Shown: positions 51,167-64,000 of the stretch, one piece after another
Numbering within the stretch: the stretch's first letter is position 1
How the letters are laid out: every line of letters begins with the position of its first letter
From: Nemertoderma westbladi
Taxonomy: Eukaryota; Animalia; Xenacoelomorpha
Reading direction: 5' to 3'
DNA: 64,000 bases
Assembly: GCA_032718475.1 (NCBI GenBank)
Contig: JAUCBJ010009117.1
Location: 31,215 to 95,214, forward strand
Notes under the pieces: model-generated
The model's database searches: none
What the model saw: only the letters and a program-made list of their open reading frames with translations
What the model was told of the DNA's origin: nothing
Position numbers and translations under genes: made by a program

Positions 51167-51545
51167 GTATGGTAAGTTTCTCGAGTTTAGCACAAGTACT
51201 TGCGATGTCATGGCCGATGGCGCGGGCGTTCCTACTGAATTCTCGGTAGGCGGTTGAGTGTCTGTTCGCGGAAGTAGTAGAAGCCATCGGTACCCGCGCG
51301 TAGCCATTACCCACCATATGATGGGATTTAAGAGACTTTACGGTTGAGAGAAACTCATTAGTCCTGTCCCTTGATCCCTGCATCTCGTTAACCAACGGTA
51401 TCGTAACGTCGTTGGTTAAATCCTCCGGAGATTCTTCGCTAACTAACGACGGCTGATTCGGGTAGGAAGGGCGACGGGATTCCGCTAAACGAGAGAGTTC
51501 CGAACCGGTGCGCTTTCGGAGAGATTGGAAGATCGACTCACTCAT
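51167..51545 (-). CDS. STX5: Syntaxin-5, coding exon 1
   Basis: RDRTNEF Sly1-binding N-peptide; IGHDIASTCAKLEKLTI; phase-1 donor C|gtgagt that matches the exon 2 acceptor. Confidence 0.95.
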
Positions 51546-53516
51546 CTAACCTGAGTTAGAGGTTAAAGGAGTTTCCGATCGAACAGCAGAACACATTTAA
51601 GTCGATAAATATATATAATCCTGTAAAATATCCTGTATTTCTATTCGGCTTACTAGTCGTACAAACAGCTGAACAGACAAACTTCCTTGAGATGACGACT
51701 GGCACACTGGCAGACTGGTATCGTAATCAAATACGGAATAATCGGTAAGATATATATCGATTAGGACAGAAAATAATATGAATAATAAATAATTGAGTTA
51801 GATAGAAGGATTTTTAATCAATCGATTACAGCATTACCCACCACCTCGTGTTGTTTTACAAAACTAACTGTTGGAAACTAAGATCAGTTCGCTAATTATT
51901 ATTATTTAACTTTTATATGACCTAAGTTCAGAAGTTACCTTTTCTTGGTGAAGGTGTACAGTGTAGGTACTAGGCTATTATATTGTATTAGTATTATAAT
52001 TGTTTATGGCCTACTGTTGTGCTCTTACCGGTACATGTCCTGATAGTTTGAAGATTACAGATCAGCAGATTATGGTTTTACAAACAGCTGAACAGCCTGA
52101 CAGCGTTTACTTTTCAATAGGTTATGGGCCCAGACTGCCAGACTGCTTTACCGATTTTATTCCTAATGTATACTGGTATACTGCAGTACTGGAACTGGAC
52201 TATGATAAACGATCTGATGATGACAGCAGGCTACCGTGTACTGCTGTGCCGCCGTAGTACCGGTATCTCAAATTACCTAACTGAATTATCTGATAAAATA
52301 TTAGATAGGGGCCTATACTATATAGTATACTCAATAATAGTATATCAATTTCAGTATTTCAATCATGTTGTTAATAATGTATATTATGCATTATTAACAA
52401 CAGCGAAAAATAATATTGTTCAGTTTACGGATAGTTGTCATAAAGTTATAAACAATTTTTATACTGACAAAAACTCGCCACCTTCAAGGCAGAACCCCCC
52501 AAGTCGATTTTTGTAGTTCTGAGATAATCGATAAAAACTGTTTATTTTTTAGAGAGATGCCTCAGTTTACTTGTTATTGTGTTTTTGACAAATAAATATA
52601 TATAGAATTCATATAACTAAACTTTCTATTTAATTTAGAATCACCTTTGAAATATATTCGGTTTTTTTGTAAAAATTCGGAATTGGTGTTTTGCCAAAAC
52701 AAGGGGGAACACCGTTTTCTGGTATTATCCCGTAACTATACGATAGTTGCGGGGTATTGCCTAGAAAACAAGGCATCCTCAATTAGGCAAAACACCATAA
52801 GTCCGAATTTTTCCAAAAAACACGCAAAATATATCAAATTATAGCCAAGGCGTATCGTGCGTCCTTAATTATTTAGTGCGTAGTGAGCACGTAATACATG
52901 TGCGCATTTCTTATTAGCTAATACGTGCTATCTAATATGTTAACTAGCACATGAGCAGGTGTTAGTATTACCTGTAAACGCAATAATAACAAATAAGCAC
53001 ATACAATACAGCTAACAAACACACTTGGTCACTTGCGCACATGTTGGAAATTTTTGAATTCAAAATTCTAAAGGGCTCCATAAGTTTTTGATATTTAGGT
53101 ATTAATTGCTTCTAAAATAAGTACGGGACTGTAGTTAGAATCATGTATCAATACAAATTGAACAAAACGTAGCCAAATGCAGAACTATAAGAACAAAATT
53201 TAGATTCAAGAAAGCGGAACTCTTAAGTACAAAATATAGCCATGGGTGGTACTCTACAGTAAGAACAAAGTCTAGCTACGTCATGACGAATAATTAAAGA
53301 CTGTTTTTTCTACAGTACGTGGCAACATTTTGAGCAACTCTATCAGCAACTTAGTGAGCATGTCAGGTTGCCGATCAACTTGCTCTATGTAAACGCGAAG
53401 TTTGTTGCTGTAAAAGATGCCTCATATAACGGAGACTAAAACTTAATGTTACTCAAATTAAGTTGCTTGTTGCTGACCAAGTTATCCAAAACGTCCGGAA
53501 CCCCATAGCAACTTGC

Positions 53517-54870
53517 ACACAAACATTAAATGAAGGACAGATATTTATCAGCGCCACAAACATTAATGTGGGACAAACATTAATCAGGGAGACAAACATT
53601 AATGTGGGACATAAACATTGATGTGGGACACAAACATTAATGAGGGACACAAACATTAATGAGGGACACAAACATTAATGAGGAACACAAACATTAACGA
53701 GGTACACAAACATTAATAAGGGACACAAACATTAATGAGGGACACTAACATTAATGAGGGACACAAACATTAATGAGGTACACAAACATTAAATGAAGGA
53801 CAGATATTTATCAGCGCCACAAACATTAATGTGGGACAAACATTAATCAGAGGGACAAACATTAATGTGGGACATAAACATTGATGTGGGACACAAACAT
53901 TAATGAGGGACACAAACATTAATGAGGGACACGTACATTAATGAGGTACACAAACATTAATAAGGGACACAAACATTAATGAGGTACACTAACATTAATG
54001 AGGTACACTAACATTAATGAGGGACACACACATTAATGAGGGACACAAACATTAAATGAAGGACAGATACTTATCAGCGCCACAAACATTAATGTGGGAC
54101 AAACATTAATCAGGGGGACAAACATTAATGTGGGACATAAACATTGATGTGGGACACAAAAATTAATGAGGGACACAAACATTAATGAGGGACACAAACA
54201 TTAATGAGGGACACGTACATTAATGAGGTACACAAACATTAATAAGGGACACAAACATTAATGAGGTACACTAACATTAATCCAAATCTCTGGATGGCAC
54301 ATTCACAAGAATGCTACGCCGGGTTCATTGTGTCAAGTACAATGCACACATCTCCAACCAGACACTATATAACATAACATTGGAGGTGTCTCATTGGTTC
54401 CCCCAAGCTTGACACTAGAACAAAATCGCCTCCGCTTTGCAGGACATTGCTTTCGCCGTGAGGACCAGCCAGTGCATAATCTTGTACTTTGGCAGCCTCA
54501 TGGAGTGAATAAGCATGGTGGACAGCCCATGACTTTCTTGAGACGCATCTTAAAGGACACTGGCTTTGAAGATGCGGATGATCTAGCAAATGTCATGGGT
54601 GATAGGGAGTTGTGGCGGTGCAATTTTGTCGATAAGCCGGCACAGCATTCTTAAAAATGCAGCTGCAATGCGTCATGCCGATCCTAGTAGTAGTAACATT
54701 AATGAGGGACACAAACATTAATAAGGGACACAAACATTAATGAGGTACACTAACATTAATGAGGGACACAAACATGAATAAGATACACAAACATTAATGA
54801 GGGACACAAACATTAATGAGGGACACAAACATTAAACGAGGGACAGATATCAATCAAGGGCACAAACATT
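53517..54870 (+). repeat. 19-bp satellite (gagggacacaaacattaat) with a 263-bp higher-order repeat
   Basis: The variant block aaatgaaggacagata..tatcagcgccac recurs at 53528, 53791 and 54054. Confidence 0.9.
54282..54693 (+). mobile_element. 5'-truncated RTE insertion in the 19-bp array
   Basis: Homologous to 18627-19010 (RLRFAGHCFRREDQPV..); (tag)n tail; flanked by taacattaat on both sides. Confidence 0.88.
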
Positions 54871-55459
54871 ATTCATGGGCACCATCATTCCATTCCATTC
54901 ATGTTACCCCCCATGGCACTTAGTATGATTCCTGTTACCACCCATACACATACAATATATTACAGTATTACAATTCTCATTACTGTCAAGCAATACAATA
55001 ACAACAATAAATAATAACATATTAATCTGACCAAACCAATAATCTCTGTTATTACCAATTGAGGGAAAGGATCAGGTTACAGAGATGGTTTTTCTAACCA
55101 AAACAATAAACGATGTTGTGGGAGACATGAACATGACATGAAGGGGAGACAGGAATGGGGGGGGGTGTAACATGAATGGTGGGGGTAGGAGGTAAATTGA
55201 AAATATGGGGGTATAACAGCCGGGGGGGGGGGGGCGTAGCAGCAAAACAGGCAGCTGAACAACGTAACCAAACGTGCTTTCAATTAATTTCCATCTAATT
55301 AGGTAAATGGAATGTATACAAAGCGGCGCTTCTTTGATCGAAGCTCACGTTCCCATGGTAGTATTTTTTCAGTATATCAGTTTATCACTTATTATCTGAT
55401 CGTCTGATGGCAAGCATCACCATCGCTCATATTAATATCCATTGGCAAGCATTCACCCC

Positions 55460-56087
55460 TATTAATGTTTGTGCCCCTGATTAATGTGTGTCCCTCATTA
55501 ATGTTTGTGTCCCTCATTAATGTTTGTGTACCTCATTAATGTTTGTGTCCCTCATTAATGTTTGTGTCCCTCATTAATGATTGTATCCCTCATTAATGTT
55601 TGTGTCCCTCATTAATTAATTGTGTCCCTCATAAATGTTTGTGTCCCTCATTAATGTTTGTCTCCCTGATTACTGTGTGTTCCTTATTAATGCTTGTGTC
55701 CCTCGTTAATGTCTGTGCCCCTTATTAATGTGTGTCCCTCATTAATGTGTGTCCCACATTAATGTTTGTGTCCCTCGTTAATGTTTGTGCCCCTTATTAA
55801 TGTGTGTCCCTCATTCAATGTGTGTCCATCATTAATATGTGTCCCTCATTAATGTTTGTGACCCTGATTAATATCTGTGTCCCTTATTAATGTATGTGCC
55901 CTTGATTAATGTGTGTCCCTAATTAATGTTTTTGTCCCTTATTAATGTTTGTACCACTTAATTAATGTGTGTCCCTGATTAATGTTTGTACCACTTAATG
56001 TGTGTCCCTGATTAATGTTTGTGTCCCTGATAAATGTTTGTATCCCTGATTAATGTTTGTGTTCCCTCCTCAATAATGTTTGTGTCA
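55460..56087 (-). repeat. 19-bp satellite in the opposite orientation (more diverged)
   Basis: attaatgtttgtgtccctc units. Confidence 0.9.
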
Positions 56088-57744
56088 TGGCCGCAGTACA
56101 AACCAGTATATGAATGAGAAATTACGGTGATTTAAGGGGTTTTACAGGTTGTTATTTCTGATTTAAGGGGTTTTGCCAGGTAGACTGAATTTCATATACT
56201 TGAATTTACGGTGTTTTGCAAGCCAATTATTGACTTGTGGGGTTCTGCCTCGAAGTGGGCATCAGTTACGGGGAACAGTCTTTGGCTTATAACTCAAAAA
56301 TGGCTGGTAGAAAAGCTTCGGGGTTCTGCCAAACGAAAAAGCCGATATAGAATTACCCAAAAAGTCAAAAACATGAAAATCGAAAAAAATTTACTTAGGG
56401 GGTTCTGCCTTGAAGATGACGTCTGTAGTTATTATGGTATTTAATATTTATAAATAATTCTTAAATGTTTTATGTGCTGTATATTTTTGTTTAATTGTGT
56501 TATAACTTTAATTTACTGTGTTGCAAATAATTAATTAATTTAGAAATATCGGTATAATATGTGTAATTATGCTTTAACATATAGACACCATTTTTTTCTT
56601 TCCATATCCATGGGCTAATTTATTTTTGCAAACTACAGTAATATTTGTTAGTATTAAATAATGATTAAATTACTAATAACTAAAATATATATCGATAAAT
56701 TTTTTAACATTTTTGTTTTTTTGCATTACTTTAACACATAGACTCCAAATTTCCATGATATTTTATACAGAGAGTCATGAATATAAGCAATAAATTATGT
56801 TGTTGAAAAGTTCTGTTGTGAGGTGGAAAATTATTCAATGGTGAAAACCGATGTCACCACATGAAAGCCATTCTATGAAACCACAAAAGTAGAAGAAAAT
56901 AAAAATTTCAAAAATTTTCAGAAAATCGTAAAATTTTGCAGTCGCATGGGGTGATACACTAAAATACCCCCCTTAAGTTTTAATTATTTCATTTCAATTT
57001 CTTATAATGCAACCAACCACAAACACATCACAGACACACCTAAATAACCCTATTAATAATTAATTTAAGAATTATTTATAAATATTAAATACCAATAACT
57101 AAAATATATATTGATATTTGTTTAGACTTTTTCTATTTTTTGAATTACATTAACACATAAACTCAATTTTATGTTGTTTTATGCATGGGCTAATTCATTT
57201 TTAGAAATTAATATTTTTTACTATTAAATAATTATTAAATTACTAATAACTAAAATATATATCGATAAATTTTTTTACATTTTTGTTTTTTTGCATTACT
57301 TTAACACATGGACTCAAAATTTCCATGATATATCCATGGGCTAGTTAATTTATTGGTCACTAATATTTATAAGTAAATAAATATTTAATTACTTATATAT
57401 AAATACAATTTTCTTCGATAATTTTTATTAATTTTACCCGAAATCGGATCGTTTTGGGTCAAAGAGTCACAAAATATAACCCAAATTCTTGGGCTAATTT
57501 TGTCGACTAAATCTGTATTCAGCCCCAGGGTGGTTTAATCATTACGCGTAATTTATAATCCCGAATTTGGTTCAGTAATAATAGTCAGGAGGTACTGACC
57601 ATTTTTTTTTATAGAAACCACCTCTGGTCCAGATTGCGACATCCTAAATTGATTCTTTATAATACTACCTGTAGGAGGCAGAAAAATGCACATATGGAAA
57701 CATAATTTACTGCAAAAAGATAATTTATCCAATTTTCACAAACA

Positions 57745-60700
57745 TGACACAGATTAAGTGACCGCTGCCCAGATCGCACTTCTAGCGGCCCCAGTCTACA
57801 CAGATTCAGTGACCGCTGCCCAGATCGCAGTTCTTAGCGGCCCCAGTCTGCCACACAGATTCAGTGACCGATGCCCAGATCGCAGTTCTAGCGGCCCCAG
57901 TCTACACAGATTCAGTGACCGCTGCCCAGATCGCAGTTCTTAGCGGCCCCAGTCTGCCACACAGATTCAGTGACCGATGCCCAGATCGCAGTTCTAGCGG
58001 CCCCAGTCTGCCACACAGATTCAGTGACCGATGCCCAGATCGCAGTTCTAGCGGCCCCAGTCTGCCACACAGATTCAGTGAGCGATGCCCAGATCGCAGT
58101 TCTAGCGGCCCCAGTCTGCCACACAGATTCAGTGACCGTTGCCCAGATCGCAGTTCTAGCGGCCCCAGTCTACACAGATTCAGTGACCGTTGCCCAGATC
58201 GCAGTTCTAGCGGCCCCAGTCTACACAGATTCAGTGACCGCTGCCCAGATCGCAGTTCTTAGCGGCCCCAGTCTGCCACACAGATTCAGTGACCGATGCC
58301 CAGATCGCAGTTCTAGCGGCCCCAGTCTGCCACACAGATTCAGTGACCGTTGCCCAGATCGCAGTTCTAGCGGCCCCAGTCTACACAGATTCAGTGACCG
58401 CTGCCCAGATAGCAGTTCTTAGCGGCCCCAGTCTGCCACACAGATTCAGTGACCGATGCCCAGATCGCAGTTCTAGCGGCCCCAGTCTACACAGATTCAG
58501 TGACCGCTGCCCAGATCGCAGTTCTTAGCGGCCCCAGTCTGCCACACAGATTCAGTGACCGATGCCCAGATCGCAGTTCTAGCGGCCCCAGTCTGCCACA
58601 CAGATTCAGTGACCGTTGCCCAGATCGCAGTTCTAGCGGCCCCAGTCTACACAGATTCAGTGACCGCTGCCCAGATCGCAGTTCTAGCGGCCCCAGTCTG
58701 CCATGACACAGATTCAGAGACCGCTGCCCAGATCGCAGTTCTAGCGGCCCCAGTCTGCCACACAGATTCAGTGACCGCTGCCCAGATCGCAGTTCTAGCG
58801 GCCCCAGTATACACAGATTCAGTGACCGCTGCCCAGATCGCAGTTCTAGCGGCCCCAGTCTGCCATGACACAGATTCAGTGACCGCTGCCCAGATCGCAG
58901 TTCTAGCGGCCCCAGTCTGCCATGACACAGATTCAGTGACCGCTGTCCAGATTGCAGTTCTAGCGGCCCCAGTCGGCCATACAGATTCAGTGACCGCTGC
59001 CCAGATCGCAGTTCTAGCGGCCCCAGTCTGCCACACAGATTCAGTGACCGCTGCCCAGATCGCAGTTCTAGCGGACCCAGTCGGCCACACAGATTCAGTG
59101 ACCGCTGCCCAGATCGCAGTTCTAGCGGCCCCAGTCGGCCATACAGATTCAGTGACCGCTGCCCAGATCGCAGTTCTAGCGGCCCCAGTCTGCCATGACA
59201 CAGATTCAGTGACCGCTGCCCAGATCGCAGTTCTAGCGGCCCCAGTCTGCAACGACACAGATTCAGTGACCGCTGCCCAGATCGCAGTTCTAGCGGCCCC
59301 AGTCTACACAGATTCAGTGACCGCTGCCCAGATCGCAGTTCTAGCAGCCCCGGTCTACACAGATTCAGTGACCGCTGCCCAGATCGCAGTTCTAGTGGCC
59401 CCAGTCTACACAGATTCAGTGACCGCTGCCCAGATCGCAGTTCTAGCGGCCCCAGTCTACACAGATTCAGTTACCGCTGCCCAGATCGCAGTTCTAGCGG
59501 CCCCATTCTGCCATGACACAGATTCAGTGACCACTGCCCAGATCGCAGTTCTAGCGGCCCCAGTCTACACAGATTCAGTGACCGCTGCCCAGATCGCAGT
59601 TCTAGCGGCCCCAGTCTACACAGATTCAGTGACCGCTGCCCAGATCGCAGTTCTAGCGGCCCCAGTCTGCCATGACACAGATTCAGTGACCGCTGCCCAG
59701 ATCGCAGTTCTAGCGGCCCCGGTCTACACAGATTCAGTGACCGCTGCCCAGATCGCAGTTCTAGCGGCCCCATTCTGCCATGACACAGATTCAGTGACCA
59801 CTGCCCAGATCGCAGTTCTAGCGGCCCCAGTCTACACAGATTCAGTGACCGCTGCCCAGATCGCAGTTCTAGCGGCCCCAGTCTGCCATGACACAGATTC
59901 AGTGAACGCTGCCCACCAGATCGCAGTTCTAGCGGCCCCAGTCTGCCATGACACAGATTCAGTGACGGCTGCCCAGATCGCAGTTCCAGCGGCCCCGGTC
60001 TACACAGATTCAGTGACCGCTGCCCACATCGCAGTTCTAGCGGCCCCAGTCTACACAGATTCAGTGACCGCTGCCCAGATCGCAGTTCTAGTGGCCCCAG
60101 TCTACACAGATTCAGTGACCGCTGCCCAGATCGCAGTTCTAGCGGCCCCAGTCTACACAGATTCAGTGACCACTGCCCAGATCGCAGTTCTAGCGGCCCC
60201 AGTCGGCCACACAGATTCAGTGACCGCTGCCCAGATCGCAGTTCTAGCGGCCCCAGTCTACACAGATTCAGTGACCGCTGCCCAGATTGCAGTTCTAGCG
60301 GCCCCAGTCTGCCATGACACAGATTAAGTGAACGCTGCCCAGATCGCAGTTCTAGCGGCCCCAGTCTACACAGATTCAGTGACCGCTGCCCAGATCGCAG
60401 TTCTAGCGGCCCCAGTCTGCCATGACACAGATTCAGTGACCGCTGCCCAGATCGCAGTTCTAGCGGCCCCAGTCTACACAGATTCAGTGACCGCTGCCCA
60501 GATCGCAGTTCTAGCGGCCCCAGTCTGCCATGACACAGATTCAGTGACCGCTGCCCAGATCGCAGTTCTAGCGGCCCCAGTCTACACAGATTCAGTGACC
60601 GCTGCCCAGATCGCAGTTCTAGCAGCTCCAGTCTGCCATGACACAGATTCAGTGACCGCTGCCCAGATCGCAGTTCTAGCGGCCCCAGTCTGCCATGACA

Positions 60701-61025
60701 CCGATTCAGTGACCGCTGCCCACCAGATCGAAGTTCTAGCGGCCCCGGTCTACACAGATTCAGTGACGGCTGCCCAGATCGCAGTTCTAGCGGCCCCCGT
60801 CTACACAGATTCAGTGACCGCTGCCCACCAGATCGCAGTTCTAGCGGCCCCGGTCTACACAGATTCAGTAACCGCTGCCCAGATCGCAGTTCTAGCGGCC
60901 CCAGTCTGCCACACAGATTCAGTGACCGCTGCCCACCAGATCGCAGTTCTAACGGCCCCAGTCTGCCATGATACAGATTCAGCGACCACTGCCCAGATCG
61001 CAGTTCTAGCGGCCCCAGTCTGCCA
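57745..61025 (+). repeat. 51/54/57-bp minisatellite, ~60 copies
   Basis: Core acagattcagtgaccgctgcccagatcgcagttctagcggccccagtc followed by tac, tgccac or tgccatgac. Confidence 0.97.
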
Positions 61026-61026
61026 G

Positions 61027-61340
61027 TACTTACGAGAGTATGAATATCTTGGTGTTACAGTACAATCATGGGCCATGAGTACAATGCAACCAACAGCGCC
61101 ATAGCTTGTCGTTATAACCTTCCTCTCATATTGATGCCGGCCTCCAAATATTCAAAGAAAAAACTGCCCCAATTATATCACACGCTATCTCACCATTCCT
61201 AACTCAGGCCAACCTGAAAGATATCGATAGGGTCAAATCAACTTACTGCAATAGGAGCTTACATCTACAATGGTTCTAAATCTGTTAAATCAGAATGCAC
61301 TTGTCCAAGACATTCTCAGAGACAATAGCTACAGTTTTAG
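61027..61340 (+). mobile_element. Degraded LINE RT C-terminal fragment
   Basis: EYEYLGVTVQS, then GLQIFKEKTAPI...LTQANLKDIDRVKSTY in a shifted frame. Confidence 0.45.
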
Positions 61341-61578
61341 GACAAAATGTTCTAACCACGCGTGGGGCGGCGTTTAACAACTCGTCATGGCGCCGACCTA
61401 GTCAACGCAACATCCATGTCGTAATAAATGGGAATTTTAAATAATATTAAAAATTAAAAAAAAGTATTAAATAAATATGTTGTAAAATAAAAAGAATGCG
61501 CGGTAATTTGAATTCGCTTTGTAATTTGTAAATATACATTTACAATATTAATTTTATATCACTGTAAATAAATCAGGA

Positions 61579-62394
61579 CTACCACTTAGACGGGCGTTTC
61601 CGGGCCGTATATTTACAATCATCGCGAACTGTTTTACCCTGCCGTCTCCATCGCTCCTTCTTCGAGAGAACCCACGACTTGCTGCCCTTACCAGCCCTCC
61701 TGGAATCCCGCTGCCTTCCAGCGCTGAGAGCCACGCAGTCCGCCGTGCCCAGAGCCGGCGGGAGGGACACGAACACAGGCCCGTTGGTCAACACAAGGAA
61801 GATCTTCTTCGCCTTGGATGAGTTCGGGTAGTCGATAACGACGCCTCCTTGGAAACCGGCGCGTAAAGATTGTGAGGTAATCAGTTCCAATTGGGACGAG
61901 TTTTCCGGGTAAAGTTGGAAAACAGCTTTACCGCCTCGCCGCAAACAACCATAAAGAGCGGAAAAGAATGTGTATAGTCGTTTAGCGGGGTTGTGGGATT
62001 TCTTATCGGCATTGCAAAGCCACTGCAGTGTAGATATACTGATAGCGGCGTCAAATACCCCGGGACGGAATGGTAAACCTTCCCCCAGATCGCCCAACAC
62101 CAGTCCCCCTTCCACCTCCCGTTCGACGGCCACTTCCAACATATCCTCGCTTATATCAACGCCAACCCAGTGGTGACCGCCTTCCGATATCGTCTCACCG
62201 CTCAACCCGGACCCGCACCCGACGTCCAGCAGGAGTAGGGGTTCGTCCTCCGGTAAGGCGAGCAGTTCCAACGCTCTGCTCGACATGTCAACTTGGATTC
62301 CTATTATCCTGGAGTTGCTGGTGTACTTCCGGGCTTCCGTCGAGTTGTAGAAGAACTCAGGAGGGGCCGAATGTTCCGGCCGCCTGGACGACAT
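61579..62394 (-). CDS. BUD23: 18S rRNA (guanine-N7) methyltransferase BUD23/WBSCR22, single coding exon
   Basis: [30 protein letters not shown]; SAM-binding motif [12 protein letters not shown]; QWLCNAD; [15 protein letters not shown]; C-terminal KYTARKR. Uninterrupted 271-aa ORF. Confidence 0.97.
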   Translation of the reverse strand: MSSRRPEHSAPPEFFYNSTEARKYTSNSRIIGIQVDMSSRALELLALPEDEPLLLLDVGCGSGLSGETISEGGHHWVGVDISEDMLEVAVEREVEGGLVLGDLGEGLPFRPGVFDAAISISTLQWLCNADKKSHNPAKRLYTFFSALYGCLRRGGKAVFQLYPENSSQLELITSQSLRAGFQGGVVIDYPNSSKAKKIFLVLTNGPVFVSLPPALGTADCVALSAGRQRDSRRAGKGSKSWVLSKKERWRRQGKTVRDDCKYTARKRPSKW

Positions 62395-63106
62395 CCTGGA
62401 TTGCGGAACAGCTGTTCAGTTTGCAGTTGAACACGAGAATCGCTACTACTGCTGTACCACTGGTACCGAAACCATAGAACTGTGGTGTTCCATAGGATTT
62501 TTTAAATTTCCCTCCCTTTGCCAGTGTTGTTAAATTTGAACAAAATAAGCCAAGCCAAGAAGTAAACAACAAAAAGGTCATTTACAGTTTGATACCCATG
62601 ATTTTGGAGGATAAGATACAGTATGTAAAGTATAGTTATTGAATGTATTTGATTGGAAGATGAATTGGTATTAATAGAGCAGCCACAAAAATGTGGAATA
62701 GTTTGATTTGAAGAAACATCCCGGAATTTATGAATTAAATCAATACAATTATTGTAAATTATTAAACGTATTTTTAACATTAAATTTACAAACAAGTTTA
62801 CTTTTTTATCGTAAGTTAAGGGGGGGGGGGGGGGGGGGGGGGGGGTAATACAAAAAGTTTACACTGTGTAGACTGTGGTCGGATTAAAACATGTGAACTT
62901 AGAGATACCACTAGGGGGTACTCCTTACACAACCACTTAAAGATAATCAAGTAATGCAGAGGCTGTGGATCAGTTGGTTCAATTTACAGACTATTATAAA
63001 GTCCCCTATTATAAAGAATTTTAACATTAAATTTTGTTCAACGTTAAATTAAACTCCTGATAATAATAAATTATTACGGTAGACAACATAATAGTTTGTA
63101 TCGGTG

Positions 63107-63297
63107 ATTGACAATTTTTATCAAAATAATTTAACAAAAGCACATTAAATTTAGAAAAAAGGATAAGAAACTAATAAGTAACACAATATATTTACAAAGA
63201 CTGTCTTTGTAAATATATTGTGTTACTTATTAGTTTCTTATCCTTTTTTCTAAATTTAATGTGCTTTTGTTAAATTATTTTGATAAAAATTGTCAAT
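63107..63297. repeat. Perfect 191-bp palindrome (95-bp arms, 1-nt loop)
   Basis: attgacaattttt...acaaagac-t-gtctttgt...aaaaattgtcaat, centred on 63202. Confidence 0.93.
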
Positions 63298-64000
63298 AAT
63301 GGATATAATTTCTATAAGAAGCAACAACTAATTTTACAAAACTTAATTAAATCATTATTATACATAAATATTAAATTATAATAGAAAATGTGGCACCTAT
63401 ACCGGAAATTCAGAGGTGGTTAAAACAGGTTTGAGAACAAAATTAATAATTATACAATTATTTCCGAATATTTTTAACAATAAGGCCAGTAACATTACAT
63501 TACATTACACTAAAAATTAAATTAAACCAATAATAATTCAATTTATTGCATCATAAAATATAGCCATTTATATTTCAATATAATAGATGTAACATTAAAT
63601 ATACATTAATTCAATTACTGAATTACATGTACATACTGTATTACATTTACAGTTTATATTTAATAGGTGAGAAAATGTCATACACAGCCCAATCAAAAAT
63701 TAATTAATTATCTATAAGGCAAGAAATAAAATTTAAAAATTATATATTATTTGAAAAAACAGCTTTCTCTCTAAAAGTTTTACAAATTTATTAGTGAAAT
63801 AAAGTAACTTGTTTTAATTAAATTGCAAAATTATTGAAAATAAGTGTCTGATACCATTTGAAGGAAAGGAGCAGATTACAGAGGTTGCCGGCTTTTCTAA
63901 CCAAAAGAATAAACGATATTTTGATAACGGAACAAGCTATGAACAAACAGACTTCAGATTTGGAATTCTGATGAAATGTTGCTCTAGATGAAATGAAAAA

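Larger units (their letters stand above)
52476..56421. mobile_element. ~3.9-kb foldback-like element with short TIRs and two inverted 19-bp arrays
   Basis: cgccaccttcaaggcagaaccccccaagt is inverted with acttagggggttctgccttgaagatgacg; internal arrays at 53517-54870 (+) and 55460-56087 (-). No TSD evident. Confidence 0.6.

Overview
AT-rich, repeat-dense genomic DNA from an invertebrate animal, with spliceosomal GT-AG introns and no prokaryotic features. It contains three recognisable host genes. (1) A two-exon Expanded/FRMD6-family FERM gene on + (32930-34816 joined to 41625-43616, ~1290 aa) with a TSGIVS degron. (2) Syntaxin-5 on - (exons 51545-51167, 50461-50217, 45800-45493); I could not find its last SNARE/transmembrane exon in the window. 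(3) An intronless BUD23/WBSCR22 18S rRNA methyltransferase on - (62394-61579). The rest is mostly mobile DNA: a frameshifted Mutator (MULE/SWIM) transposase split by minisatellites, RTE, CR1/L2 and RTEX-like LINE fragments, Mutator- and hAT-type MITEs with TSDs, a 6.1-kb TIR element with a 5-bp TSD carrying a CARD-like fragment and a nested TA-flanked element, a foldback-like element, Helentron-associated (DINE-like) repeats, about ten tandem arrays with 19-59 bp units, and two ~200-bp palindromes. A two-box motif with a 13-17 nt spacer recurs inside several unrelated element families. All calls were made by eye without database searches.
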